This document shows positions 10,217-21,270 of a stretch of 64,000 nt of DNA, in pieces. Under the pieces are notes generated by a model. That model did not search any database. It was not told the DNA's origin and saw only the letters and a list, made by a program, of their open reading frames with translations. A program made the translations under genes and the position numbers. This DNA is from Tetramitus jugosus (taxonomy: Eukaryota; Protista; Heterolobosea). Where the stretch lies: NCBI GenBank assembly GCA_937625935.1, contig OW569375.1:248001-312000 (forward strand). The letters run 5' to 3'. Positions within the stretch are counted from its first letter, which is position 1, and every line of letters starts with the position of its first letter.

Positions 10217-12511
10217 TCATGTATTCTGCGCGAGAGATGATACTACATCACGAACAGACTCCTCAGTAAAATGCTTTTGAATGAGTCGAAGCATTTCATC
10301 CTGCACAGGAGCAAAGCAGTGAACTGCTTTATTCTCAAATGGGTGCCTAAATCTCATTCTCATGCAGTGCAGCATCATTCTCTTTGGTCTAATCTTACGA
10401 TCGATTCCTAGAGCGATTCTGTTGTCCAACAGGTCATAATATGCCTGATCTCCCAAAACAGGAGCTCCTATTGAGGTTAAATGAGATCGAATTTGATGGG
10501 TTCTTCCAGATTTAATACTCACCATCACTAATGCCAATTGTTTTTCTCTATTGATTTCAACCACTCTGATCACACTCTTGGCACTCTTGCTCTTCTTCAT
10601 CTGCTTTTGCATTAATAGTTCTTCACCAGTTCCTTCCTCGATGTCCTCCTGTTCAATACTGTATCGTACAGCATACATGCCTCCACCGTCTTGTTGACCG
10701 TGGTGACGATGAGACTTGTGGAACACTGTAATAGGCTTGTTAACTATAATCATTTGGTTTCGTTCGATGGGATTCTTGGGTTCTTCGGGAAGGTGAGCTC
10801 GAGCAATTAAGTCTTCAATTTCCTCGTCGAACCTTTGCTCTTCGCGAAGAATGGCCTTCTCCAGGTCATCCTCATCCTCAAAATCTTCATCCATTTGTTC
10901 CTTCTCATTTTCTGGAGTTTGTTCTAGTTCTGTCTCATCATAACTTACAGAAAACTTATCCAAGTCCGCCTGTGTGAGACTTCTGCGACCTTCTCCAGGT
11001 ACTTCAATCGAAAACTCATTGAGATCAAACGCATCACTTTCAAGAATTGGATCAGGTTTATCTCCAACATTTCCCTCATTACCTGAATCGACACTCATTG
11101 GCTTCAACACTGCCAAGAATTTATCCACCCGAGGAACGACACATATCGCACAATAGATTTTCTTTGTAATCTGCTGTTTGTTGGCCAAGCTTTCATCGTC
11201 GTTCACTGTCTTTTCCATAAACTGACGATTCAAATGCTGTACACTGTGTGAATTCTTTCCACAAATCAACACACCTGACGTTTCCTTGTCCAGCCTATGC
11301 ACCAAATTGACAAATGTGGGTAGTTTGGGCACATTAATCTTCTTTTGTGACTTCTTTTTCTTTGTTGACGACTTGCTCTTCAAAGTTGTCTTCTTTTTCT
11401 TCTTCTTTAGTTTCTTTTCCGTTGTGACTACTTCTTCATTTTCTTCGTCTGCCTTGTCTTCTTCTCCGTCCTTGGATGCTGCTTCTTGGTGCTCTTTTCG
11501 AGCAACATAGTCCCTAATTGCATAAAGCATAGTCGTATGTGGCGCATGACCCGCTGATGCATGAACTGCATATCCCTGTGGCTTATTCACAACAATGACA
11601 TGATCATCCTCATAAATCACATTATTTTCATCAATAGTGACCAATGGTTTCTCAACCATTCGTTCCATTGATTGTTCAACATCATTCGCTCCCTTCTCAC
11701 CATTATTCGCACCCACAACAGCAGTATTCACTCCACTTAAATGCCTCTGCTGTAAAAACACAAAAATTCGATCGCCAGTCTTCAATTTTCGCGGCATATT
11801 TTTCTTGTCGACAAAAAACTGTTCGTCATTCTCATGTTGCTTCATATCAAACACTGATTCTTCATCTCCATTTCCATTTCCATCTGCACTCTGTCTCCTT
11901 TTCTGTTCCACCAAAAAGGATCGAGGCACCAATCGACAATACTGATTCTGAATCAAAAAACTAACGTACTCCCTGGAGAGATTTAATTTTTCACTCAAGA
12001 GCTTATCAAATCGAACATTTTTCTTACTCATATTATTTTTCATCACTCCTTCTTCTTCTTGTTCATCATCATCATCATTCGTCTTCTTGTTTTTCCTTGA
12101 TTTTTCTTGTTTTTCATCTTTTTCTTCAGTAAATGAAAAATGAACCCAACGTTGTTCACCTTCAAACAAGTGAGAAGGAGAAGGTATAGTCATCATCATC
12201 TTCATTGCAGCATTGGCAGCATTTGATGCAGCATTCGCAATCGCATTATTCGCTAATGTTTTTTTAAGTGTAGAGGAATAGGGTGGTGATGAAAATTGTT
12301 TTCTAGTCGCTGTGTTGTTTGATTTTTGTTTGGAAAGATGTGCACAGTAGGAGAAATGTTGTTGTTGAATGTGGAAAGTTGGATTTGAGAGTGCAGGTAA
12401 GTGCATGAGGTGGTGATGTTTGTGGACGTGCAATTGTTGTTGTCTGTATTGACTACATGCCTCTAGTAATTTTCTTGTTGTTGATAATGTTGTTGTTCGT
12501 GGTGCATTCAT
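10217..12511 (-). CDS. RluA/RluD-family RNA pseudouridine synthase with S4-like domain, probably organellar
   Basis: Motifs VIYEDDHVIVVNKPQG, catalytic VHRLDKETSGV, GRTHQIRSHL...PVLGDQAY and RMMLHC. Likely ATG at 12511 (MNAPRTT, presequence-like). The upstream part of the ORF is antisense to Nol9. Confidence 0.88.
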   Translation of the reverse strand: MNAPRTTTLSTTRKLLEACSQYRQQQLHVHKHHHLMHLPALSNPTFHIQQQHFSYCAHLSKQKSNNTATRKQFSSPPYSSTLKKTLANNAIANAASNAANAAMKMMMTIPSPSHLFEGEQRWVHFSFTEEKDEKQEKSRKNKKTNDDDDEQEEEGVMKNNMSKKNVRFDKLLSEKLNLSREYVSFLIQNQYCRLVPRSFLVEQKRRQSADGNGNGDEESVFDMKQHENDEQFFVDKKNMPRKLKTGDRIFVFLQQRHLSGVNTAVVGANNGEKGANDVEQSMERMVEKPLVTIDENNVIYEDDHVIVVNKPQGYAVHASAGHAPHTTMLYAIRDYVARKEHQEAASKDGEEDKADEENEEVVTTEKKLKKKKKKTTLKSKSSTKKKKSQKKINVPKLPTFVNLVHRLDKETSGVLICGKNSHSVQHLNRQFMEKTVNDDESLANKQQITKKIYCAICVVPRVDKFLAVLKPMSVDSGNEGNVGDKPDPILESDAFDLNEFSIEVPGEGRRSLTQADLDKFSVSYDETELEQTPENEKEQMDEDFEDEDDLEKAILREEQRFDEEIEDLIARAHLPEEPKNPIERNQMIIVNKPITVFHKSHRHHGQQDGGGMYAVRYSIEQEDIEEGTGEELLMQKQMKKSKSAKSVIRVVEINREKQLALVMVSIKSGRTHQIRSHLTSIGAPVLGDQAYYDLLDNRIALGIDRKIRPKRMMLHCMRMRFRHPFENKAVHCFAPVQDEMLRLIQKHFTEESVRDVVSSLAQNT

Positions 12512-12626
12512 TTTTTTTGCCGCGCAGTTTTGTGTTTTTTTTGGTTGTCGGGGAATGCATGTTCCACAAAAATGGCGAAGTGTGAAATTTTTCGTTGTTA
12601 CGACGAACAAAATCAGAAAGCAAAAA

Positions 12627-14935
12627 ATGAAGCATAGTAACAACAAGGGCAAGAAGAGTGCAGTGAACGCGAGCAACAACAAAAGACCCCTTTCGCAATC
12701 AAATAATAACAATAAAACAAAGGGTGATGTTGTGAAAGCTTCAGGTAAGCTTATGTTTCTTCAACATAATGAAAGTGTACACTTTTGTGGTTCTGCTCGC
12801 TTCAAAGTGCTCTTTGGTTCCGTAAAGATCCATGGTTTTGTAGCTACGGATGACGAAAATGATGAATTATTGTCATTGAATGCATTGGAACAGTATGGTG
12901 TAATGGAGATGAGAACAGATCACGTTCAAAAACCACAAATTTTGGGTTCAAAACAAGAAATGATTCAATTATGTACGTGTGTGCATTCATGTGATATTGT
13001 TGTTTTTCTGTTGCTTACTAAAGTTGAAACAAATTAGTGAAAAAACGATTGACACGAATCAATCGCACTGCCGTTGGAACTGATGATGAAGTATCAGTAA
13101 TGATATCGGAAGATGAAATACCAAAGAATGTGACATCGATTGTTGCTGTTGTTTATTTTGAATCAATGGATTCCTTGTCGAAGAATACTGCCATCATTGA
13201 ATCGTCATCATTGTCGTTGAAAAGAAGGAAAACAAGTGTGGATGAAGCAGTGACTGCAGTTGCAAGTGAGAATGAGTATGCAGTGTTGGAGTGGATTCGA
13301 AAATTGAGAAAATTGGATCAAAAATCATCGATTCCTTCAGCAGCTGCTGCAAAGACGAGCCAAAAGAATGAGAAGCGGAAGAATCATGAGAAGAGTGATG
13401 AGAATGAGAATGAAGAGAATCGCACTGTGAAAATGGAATTTGAGTCGATCGTGGATGGATTGAAGAAAGTAACTGTGCCTCATTCGTCAAAAGACTTGAG
13501 TCAGTTATCAATGATTGGTCAAGATGGAAAGATTGTTCCCTGTATATCATATGACGAAGCAACTTTGCAAGTGTTTGATCAATGCGTGTCCAGAGCACAA
13601 AAACATTCAACATTGTTCATCACTGGTGTCCAAAAAACAGGAAAGTCAACCATCGCGAGGTTTATGTGTAATCAGTTGATGAGCATTTATGGTGGGGTAG
13701 CACTGTTGGACCTTGATCCTACAAATCCAGAGTTTATGACACCTGGTATCTTGTCTCTGTCTGTGATGCGTAAACCTTTACTTGGTCCTTCGTTTGCAAA
13801 TCTGTTGGATCGTAATGGAGTTAGCATTGAGAAGAGTTTGTTTTATGGACATGACACGGCTGAATCCGATATCGATTACTATGTTAACTGTTGTATCGAT
13901 TTGTACTCTCACTATCACGAGCACTACAGAAGTTCAAAGAAGAATTGCTTCCCATTGGTTATTTTGAGTGGAAATACGCTGAGAGTGCCAGCATTTGAGT
14001 CTACACTAGAATTGATTCGTCTCATTCAACCAAACTTTGTTCTCAAAGTTCAGGACGGACTCTCAAGGAACGAGAACAGGGAGTATCTAGATAGTGCAAA
14101 CGGAATCATCAACATGAATTCACTGTACCCATCCTCTAGTGATATTATTTCCCATTATTCATTCAATGTCCGAGGTCCAAATCCCTTCTTGCCCAAGAAA
14201 CAATTTGCTGAAGTTGTGTCCATACTTTCTGTGGTTGCCCCAAGGCAAGTTGTCACTCGATCCAAAGAAGAGAACAGCCTATCGCAACAGAATCAATATG
14301 TGAACCAGTATTTGTCATACTTTGGAAAGGCAATGCCATCGAGTGATATGACCAAATTGATGTCAAGTTCTGATTTTGGTTGGACCTCTGTTCAACAATT
14401 CTTCTCTCACCTACCATACTATAAGGTGTCCTGGAACTTATTTACAATTGCAATATCCAATGATCTGTACAAATACAGCACAAAGGATCAAGAGAAGCTA
14501 CTAAGTCAATCAATGTACCAACTCAACGGATCACTTGTTGGCCTATGTCACATCAACCAAACACCGAGCAAGAGTACCTCGAGCAGGGATAACAGTTTGC
14601 CAACCTTTATGACTAAATATCCTGAAAAGTCAAATTGCCTGGGAATTGGATACGTACGCCACATTTGTCCACACGAGAAGAAATTCTACTTGATTACGAA
14701 TATTGAAGCGAACAAGTTGCAACAAGTCAATTGCATTCTATCTGGCTCAATAACGCTGTCCTATCTGTTCGTACGTCAGATCAAATCCAAAGACACTGCA
14801 ACACCAGACAAACCATTCTTTGTGTCAAGTGTCTCTGAATTGGAGAACAAGAGCTTGACAGAGAAGGTCAACACACAAGAAACAGCATTTCGTAACAAAC
14901 AAAAGAAACAAAATAAAAAGACCAAGATTCGATAA
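12627..14935 (+). CDS. NOL9: Polynucleotide 5'-hydroxyl kinase Nol9/Grc3 (Clp1 family); exons 12627-12972, 13038-14935
   Basis: P-loop GVQKTGKST, LLDLDPTNPEFMTPGILSL, LNGSLVGL, CLGIGYVRHI...FYLIT. A GTACGT..TAG intron at 12973-13037 joins the two ORFs in frame. Confidence 0.85.
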
Positions 14936-14979
14936 GTTTTTGAATTGTACACTTGTTTACTGAGAATTTGAATTGCTAT

Positions 14980-15954
14980 TTAGGCAAAGGAATCAAAGCC
15001 GTACTCGTTCTTCAAGTGAACAAATCTCATATTCTTGTTCAGCTTTTCAATCTGGTCCATTTCTTCAGCAGACAACTCAAAGTCAAACACTTGGAAGTTG
15101 TCCTTGATTCTCTGTTCGGTGACAGACTTTGGAATCACAATGACACCTCTCTGCATGGTCCATCTCAAAATGACTTGAGGAGCACTCTTGTTATGCTTCT
15201 TTGCAATCTCAGCAATCGTAGGATCACTCATTGGATTGCCCTCATAACCAGATCCGAATGGACTGTAGCCCGTCGTGACAATATTGCCCAAAATCTTTGC
15301 ACCGTGAATCAAATCGACTTGAGTGAGATATGGATTGACTTCAATCTGATTGACTGCAGGTGGAATTCTAGCATAGGTCAACACATCCAAAATACTTTGA
15401 ATATTAAAGTTTGAGATACCAATGCTCTTCACCAATCCCTCATCCACCAATTTTTCCATATCGGCCCAAGTCTTGTACATGGGAACATTGGCCAACTGAA
15501 CCTTTACTGAAAATGGACCTGCATCCTTGATATTCTCCCACACTGGATCACCACCACTCAAATCCAATCCACAATTCTTGACAGCAATAGGCCAATGAAC
15601 CAAATACAAGTCCAAATAATCCAACTTCAAATCCTTGAGTGTCTTTAGACAAGCTTCCCTGACATTGCCATGATGCGAATTCCACAGCTTGCTCGTCACA
15701 AACAAGTCACTTCTCTGAACCAATTTTTCTTCATTAATCAATTGATCGAGTGCAGCTCCCACCTCTGTTTCATTTCTGTAGACTGCAGCGGCATCAATGT
15801 GACGATAACCATTCTTGACAGCTGTGAGCACAGCGTTCTTGACCTCACCTGGAGCACTCTTCCATGTGCCTAGACCGAGGATAGGCATTTGGTGACCATT
15901 GTTGAGTGTGATGGATGTTTGAGAAAAGTTGTTTGGTAATGGGAAAGAAGACAT
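14980..15954 (-). CDS. Aldo-keto reductase (AKR1-like)
   Basis: Motifs LGLGTW, GYRHIDAAAVYRNE, LFVTSKLW, YLDLYLVHWP, KSIGISNF, VIPKS. Confidence 0.96.
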   Translation of the reverse strand: MSSFPLPNNFSQTSITLNNGHQMPILGLGTWKSAPGEVKNAVLTAVKNGYRHIDAAAVYRNETEVGAALDQLINEEKLVQRSDLFVTSKLWNSHHGNVREACLKTLKDLKLDYLDLYLVHWPIAVKNCGLDLSGGDPVWENIKDAGPFSVKVQLANVPMYKTWADMEKLVDEGLVKSIGISNFNIQSILDVLTYARIPPAVNQIEVNPYLTQVDLIHGAKILGNIVTTGYSPFGSGYEGNPMSDPTIAEIAKKHNKSAPQVILRWTMQRGVIVIPKSVTEQRIKDNFQVFDFELSAEEMDQIEKLNKNMRFVHLKNEYGFDSFA

Positions 15955-16132
15955 AATCTTGTTGTGTTTGCTTTTTGTTGGTGGGTTTTGTTTTTGTAAT
16001 TGGTGGGTGGATCAGATCTTGAGCTTGTGTGTGAATTTCCGGGAATGTGCGGAGGAGATTTGTTTGTGCGCACCTCGTGTCCGAGAGAAACTTTACAGTT
16101 CACTGACTGACTGGTTGTGAGCATTGAAATGT

Positions 16133-17320
16133 TTACTGAGATTTGTTACTCTCATTGATCTCGAACAAGGCCCATCCAACAGAAGGAGACAGTGTCATCC
16201 CATCTTTGCCCTTTGTGGCGCTCATGTGTCCAGCAAACATTTCTGTTTTGCATTCAACTCCTCTGTCATTAATAATGATTGGAACATTCACGTAACCTCT
16301 TGGGATTTTGCCTATGTCAATGATCGGCCACTCCATTTCTTCAAGGGGCCCACCCCATCCAGGTTTCACCTTTTTCTCTCCTTGCCATTTTCCATTGTTG
16401 TCAAAGACACAGAAGCTTGTAATCCAACCAGACAGATAACTTGGACCAGATTCACCACTAAAATAGTTTACGATTTGGTTCCACCACACAAGATCAGGAT
16501 TTCCTTTAGCTGATTCTATAAATTGATCCAGCACGGGAAGCAATACTTCGGTCCATCTTCTCATATACTGTTGATCCACATCGAATTCGAGCAATTTGTT
16601 GGCTCTCTCTCGAACATTCTCCCAGTCACTAACTTCACCAAGTAAAGTAACATTAGGAAGACCACACAACAGCATACCCTTGTAATCAAAGTAAGCTTTT
16701 GTTACGGACATCAACATCACTGCTGCTACCATTTTCTCAGTCTCGGTAGTTGTAGTAAAGTTTGGAATGATCCACTCTCTGATCGATGGATCCTTAAGTT
16801 TGTTTGCAATTTGATGAGTGAACTGATCACAAATGTACGTATAGTCAGCAGTGTGTAAATTAACTCCATCAACAGTAACAGTCAACTGTGTTTTACCCTT
16901 AAAATCTACAAATCTATCCCTCAATTCTTTCGAATGACCATTGACATAATTTGAGAATTGAGCACAGATTGCAAGCCACACATCATCAGGAGTGAGTGAA
17001 AGATTATGATGTCGAGAGTAACAGCAAAACGCTGTTCTTACGAACGAATTACCTCCTGCAGAAACAGTGCCTTGATTCTCTGAGCTTTTGATTAGTCGGT
17101 AGGTGCTGTTTGTGCTGGATTTTTCATGGAACGATGGGGGAATGTTGGACAAATCGAATGAGCTTTCTTCTTTAACTTGTTCCGGAGTAGTGCTCACTTT
17201 GAATGTGATTGTCCTATTGTTTTGCTGAGCAGAAACAACATGGTTTCGATTCCAAGAGGAAAACGCGGTTCTTGACCTTAAGCTGGAACGTATGACATTT
17301 CTGCTAAGTGAGCCAATCAT
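16133..17320 (-). CDS. DUF4419 domain protein with mitochondrial-type presequence
   Basis: HHNLSLTPDDVWLAI...FTTTT...CGLPNVTLLGEVSDW...YLSGWITSF is characteristic of DUF4419. N-terminus is R/S-rich and acid-free. Confidence 0.8.
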   Translation of the reverse strand: MIGSLSRNVIRSSLRSRTAFSSWNRNHVVSAQQNNRTITFKVSTTPEQVKEESSFDLSNIPPSFHEKSSTNSTYRLIKSSENQGTVSAGGNSFVRTAFCCYSRHHNLSLTPDDVWLAICAQFSNYVNGHSKELRDRFVDFKGKTQLTVTVDGVNLHTADYTYICDQFTHQIANKLKDPSIREWIIPNFTTTTETEKMVAAVMLMSVTKAYFDYKGMLLCGLPNVTLLGEVSDWENVRERANKLLEFDVDQQYMRRWTEVLLPVLDQFIESAKGNPDLVWWNQIVNYFSGESGPSYLSGWITSFCVFDNNGKWQGEKKVKPGWGGPLEEMEWPIIDIGKIPRGYVNVPIIINDRGVECKTEMFAGHMSATKGKDGMTLSPSVGWALFEINESNKSQ

Positions 17321-17391
17321 TATGGCTGAAAAGTAGAAAGATTGTGTGATTGATATGCTTTTTGAAATGGTTGGCTTGCTTTCAGTGAATG

Positions 17392-17479
17392 TTGAGTTCG
17401 AACTTAGGTGAACTCAAGCGGAAGAACTATTGAGCGAGGGTTCACTTTTTGAGATTACCAGCAGGGTTCACTTTTTGAG
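17392..17479. repeat. Promoter-proximal 8-bp inverted repeat plus 17-bp direct repeat
   Basis: TTGAGTTC (17392-17399) pairs with GAACTCAA (17410-17417). AGGGTTCACTTTTTGAG occurs at 17437-17453 and 17463-17479. Confidence 0.85.
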
Positions 17480-17667
17480 TCCTGTAACCCAGATCGCACT
17501 GAGGAAAGTATTGAATGTTGGTATCCCTCGGCAGAAGATCAACAAAGTTTTGGTGTGGTCGTCCAGAGATTGAAGCATCTCCAACAGCGTTTCGAAGAAT
17601 CACAATTAATAAAATTACATTCATTTCAATTTATTATTACTATACTATAAGTCATCGTCACACATTC

Positions 17668-18900
17668 TTACTGTGAAATCTTGCAAGTGGATGGATCTAA
17701 TTGCCACGACTCAGCAATAACTGGGCCCTGAATATTGTACGGTGTGTTATTGTAACTGCGCCACAACAACTTTGCCGTGTGCTTTCCTGGTGAGACACGC
17801 GTAATCATCTTGACAAAGGCATTGTGAGTGTACTCGTACGTTCCCGTCGTATGACCCTTGAAATGCATTCCAGTGACTGCAGGTTGCAAATTGAGTGTCA
17901 CAGAGTCGACAGACACTGCAAACTCACCTGCACAATCTCCAAAGTACCACTGGAGCATGATTGGACACTCGTCCTTGACTTCAAATTCAATTGTCGTGTG
18001 AGGAATCTCAACAAACACGTTTCTACTCACATCATGCTTCAAAATCATGGCATTGGACTGGAAGGCACTCACTTGAAGCAACTTTGTTGTTACTTCACTC
18101 TTGACAACGGTACCAAAAACAGGAAAACCACCACTCGCAACAGGAGGAGCACTTGGAGACACAGACGACAATGGTTGTTTTTGTTGAATGTGAGTGTAGA
18201 GTGCACTGGAGAGATCAATGAGACCAAAGTATTGAGCTTCTGAAGCCAATTGTTTCAACAGAGTCAGATCACTGGTTGCCAATGGAATATAGTCCATGTT
18301 ACGCTTTGATCGAACATAATTTAAAATGTGTTTAAACAAATCAGGGTCTCTATCAATGAATAGCTTGTAATTACTAGTAGCTGCTGGAGATGCAAACAAG
18401 GATGATGATGCAGGAGCTGTTGTTGTTGTTGTTGTTGATGACAATGGTGCACCAAAACCACTGCTACTAGGAGCTGATGATGGTGCACCAAAACCCATCA
18501 TTGGAGTTGTTGAGCTATTGGCGCCAAAAACAGCTCCGCTGTAGTTGGTTCCCGTTCTGGCGGAGGGAACGGATTGTGGATTGAGACCAAAAGGAACTAC
18601 AGGGGCACTTGTACTTGGCCAAGAAGGTTGCTGTTGTGCTTGTGATGGTTGTTGTTGAATGAATGACGGTTGTTGTGCTTGTTGTGGTTGTGATGAGGAG
18701 GGATCATAGGTGGCGTACAGTGGAATTTGTTGGAGTGTGCTCAAGGTTGTACGAAAGATGGTGCCTCCCACATCAAGTGTAATGACCGTGGTTGGTGGAA
18801 GGACAGCAACAACAGAAGAAGAACTTGTTGTTGTTGTTGGCCATGAAAAGGATTGTGGTGTGGCTGATGTGGTGGAAGATGGTGCAAATGAAAAGCTCAT
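17668..18900 (-). CDS. KCTD/T1-type BTB-POZ protein with a long low-complexity FG-containing insertion
   Basis: VITLDVGGTIFRTTLSTL ... LFIDRDPDLFKHILNYVR...LASEAQYFGL, followed by a beta-rich C-terminal domain. Confidence 0.8.
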   Translation of the reverse strand: MSFSFAPSSTTSATPQSFSWPTTTTSSSSVVAVLPPTTVITLDVGGTIFRTTLSTLQQIPLYATYDPSSSQPQQAQQPSFIQQQPSQAQQQPSWPSTSAPVVPFGLNPQSVPSARTGTNYSGAVFGANSSTTPMMGFGAPSSAPSSSGFGAPLSSTTTTTTAPASSSLFASPAATSNYKLFIDRDPDLFKHILNYVRSKRNMDYIPLATSDLTLLKQLASEAQYFGLIDLSSALYTHIQQKQPLSSVSPSAPPVASGGFPVFGTVVKSEVTTKLLQVSAFQSNAMILKHDVSRNVFVEIPHTTIEFEVKDECPIMLQWYFGDCAGEFAVSVDSVTLNLQPAVTGMHFKGHTTGTYEYTHNAFVKMITRVSPGKHTAKLLWRSYNNTPYNIQGPVIAESWQLDPSTCKISQ

Positions 18901-19117
18901 TTTTGATACGTGTTGTTATTGGTGGTGTCTTTTATTGTTGTTGTAGTGTTTCTTGTTGTGAATGAAAAAAATTTTGGTGTTCTGATTTTATGGGCAAATG
19001 TTGTGTGCTTCGGGTTTCGAAGTTCAACAAGAGAGCTTTTTTGTTGATTGAAGTTGTTTGGCGCCAATTCCCATTCAACAAGTTACAGCGAGGACTTGAA
19101 CTGCAAAAACTGCAAAG

Positions 19118-20253
19118 ATGATGAACAATAACAGCAAACAATGTCTGCTAGACGGCATTCCACTGATCTCACTCATAGAAAACATTCAAATACCTTTGAG
19201 AGACAGAAGACCAGACACTGCTCTCACTCTGGACTCCAAGTGCTGCTCTCATATCACAAAAGAAGTGATTAAGCATATTCTGTTCATGAGACAACAAATA
19301 CCATGTCTCTTCTCAGAACTAGAATCAGAAGCTCAAGATTTGTTGATGACTGACAATCCATTACAACACAGGAAGAAGAGAAGGAGACTCAATTTGAAAG
19401 AGAAAAAACGATTGAAGGTATGTCTGTGGGTTTATGGTTATGTGTGCTTTATTTTTGTTGTTTATGAGTTGTTAAAGTGGTGTTTTGAATTATCATTAGA
19501 CGTATCACTCTGCTTTAGCTCTGTTTCAAGCTTGTGATCAAATGTTTCATTCATTTGAAGCTCATGCAAGAAAGAAGCTAGAAAGTCAAGCTCAAAGCGT
19601 TCATTCTGTACATTTAGCTATTGTCATTGGTTCTTCAGTTTATAATATCTCTGAGGTGTTTATCTTGAAATTCATGCTGTATGTTGTCGTTTATTCCTTC
19701 GCTTTGGTATGATGACGAACAAGTTAAGTTGCTCACGCTTTTTCTTTTGTATAGAGATGTAGATGCTTCATGTATTCAAGAAAATTCTACTTTCAAGTTA
19801 CAAAGCTTATCCCAACAAGTGATACGAACACTCGTAACAAGCGGACCTCTGATATTCAATAGCAATTGTATGTTAAACAAGGTGCACTTACTTGCAATGA
19901 TGGACAAGAGTTTATCAAGTGATGGAAGTTCTGCTCTGCTAGAGTTTGCTGTTCCTAAACAACAACTCGCACTCAAGTTGAAGATACCACGACCCAAGCA
20001 GAAATATATCGCTCAAAATGAAACGAGCATACCTAACATACTCGTTGTTGAAGTGGGTTCAAATCAATGGTTCCCTTTTGATACAGAAGAGTCACTGAAT
20101 TTTGTTCAACAGAATGTTGTGCGCATCTCTGGACTCTCTTCAGGCACCAATGGTTATGCTCCAAGCGATTTGATATGGTTTTTGTCCAAGTCAACCGTGA
20201 AAGGATATCCATCGGATGCCCCAAAGTCCGATGACAATGATCTGTTTATGTAA
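19118..20253 (+). CDS. MAD2L1BP: p31comet / MAD2L1-binding protein (HORMA); exons 19118-19417, 19500-19678, 19755-20253
   Basis: CCSHITKEVIKHILFMRQQIP matches the p31comet N-terminal motif. Exon 2 (not in the ORF track) encodes LAIVIGSSVYNISEVF. C-terminal DLIWFLSKSTVKGY matches the conserved IWF...KGF motif. Two GTATGT..TAG introns keep the frame. Confidence 0.75.
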
Positions 20254-20521
20254 TCCTTCAATGTTCATGACACAACTAAAAATGAGTCCCTTTGGAAATC
20301 TTCTGTTGCTGGAGCTTCCAAACAGAACCAACTACTCGATCAGTAGTCACCTAACTACAAGAAGACAACAGATTCCTCTCTTGGAATGTTGAGCGATTCG
20401 CGCGAGTCGCGGCAGACAGCGTCATCGCCTGACTGTCTTTTTATGCGTGAACTCTTTTGCCGTTTTTCCCTGATTCCTCATTTCATCTCACACAAACCAA
20501 ATCACTACTACATTCTGCAAA

Positions 20522-21205
20522 ATGTCCAGAACATTCCTCGTTGCACTCTGTTCTTGCTTCCTCTTGTTGTCCACTCTCCTGTTGCTTCAAGCTCCATCTG
20601 GTGCTCAAGCCACACTTGGTTTGGATCTCAGTGTCTACCAGGGAGAAGTCTCTCAAGCCAGTTGGACCTGTCTCCATCAAAAGGGATACCGATTTGCCAT
20701 TATCCAAGCATGGTTGTCCAGTGGTAAGGCCAACCCATACGTCTCCACTGACATTGCACGTGCAAAGGCAGCTGGTTTCCAGTATGTTGACATTTATGTG
20801 TTCCCTGACTTTGCCAAGGGTATTGCCAGTGCAGGATCTCAGATCAAGTCTGCTGTTGCTGCTGCTCGTGCCGGTGGACAAAACTTTGGTATGGCATGGA
20901 TCGATATTGAGGCTGCTCAATTGTGGGGCAAGTGTGCTGACAATTTGGCCTTCTTGAGAGCAATGTTGGCCGCTGGTGAACAAATGGGTCTACACATGGG
21001 TATTTACTCTAGCCAATATCAATGGCAATCCATCATGTGCTCCAGCTCCGAGTTCTCTCACTATCAATTGTGGTATCCTCACTATGACTACAACCCAAGT
21101 TTCTCTGACTGGAGAGCATTCAGTGGATGGACCAAGCCTGCTATTAAGCAATTCTCTGATACCACCAGTGTCTGTGGCACCCAGATTGATCAAAACTTTT
21201 ATTGA
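20522..21205 (+). CDS. Secreted GH25-family lysozyme (amoebozoan/nematode LYS type)
   Basis: Signal peptide, GLDLSVYQG, WIDIE, GIYSSQYQW, LWYPHYD...FSGWTKPAIKQF; AATAAA overlaps the stop codon. Confidence 0.9.
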   Translation: MSRTFLVALCSCFLLLSTLLLLQAPSGAQATLGLDLSVYQGEVSQASWTCLHQKGYRFAIIQAWLSSGKANPYVSTDIARAKAAGFQYVDIYVFPDFAKGIASAGSQIKSAVAAARAGGQNFGMAWIDIEAAQLWGKCADNLAFLRAMLAAGEQMGLHMGIYSSQYQWQSIMCSSSEFSHYQLWYPHYDYNPSFSDWRAFSGWTKPAIKQFSDTTSVCGTQIDQNFY

Positions 21206-21270
21206 ATAAATTATTGAGAGTCTTTTGATCATCATTGGAAAAGGTTGGAGCGTTTTATATTGGTTGGTGT

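Noticed and set aside
12512-12712. Hydrophobic N-terminal extension of the pseudouridine synthase ORF
   Set aside because: Non-ATG start; it is the antisense of the A-rich Nol9 5' region.
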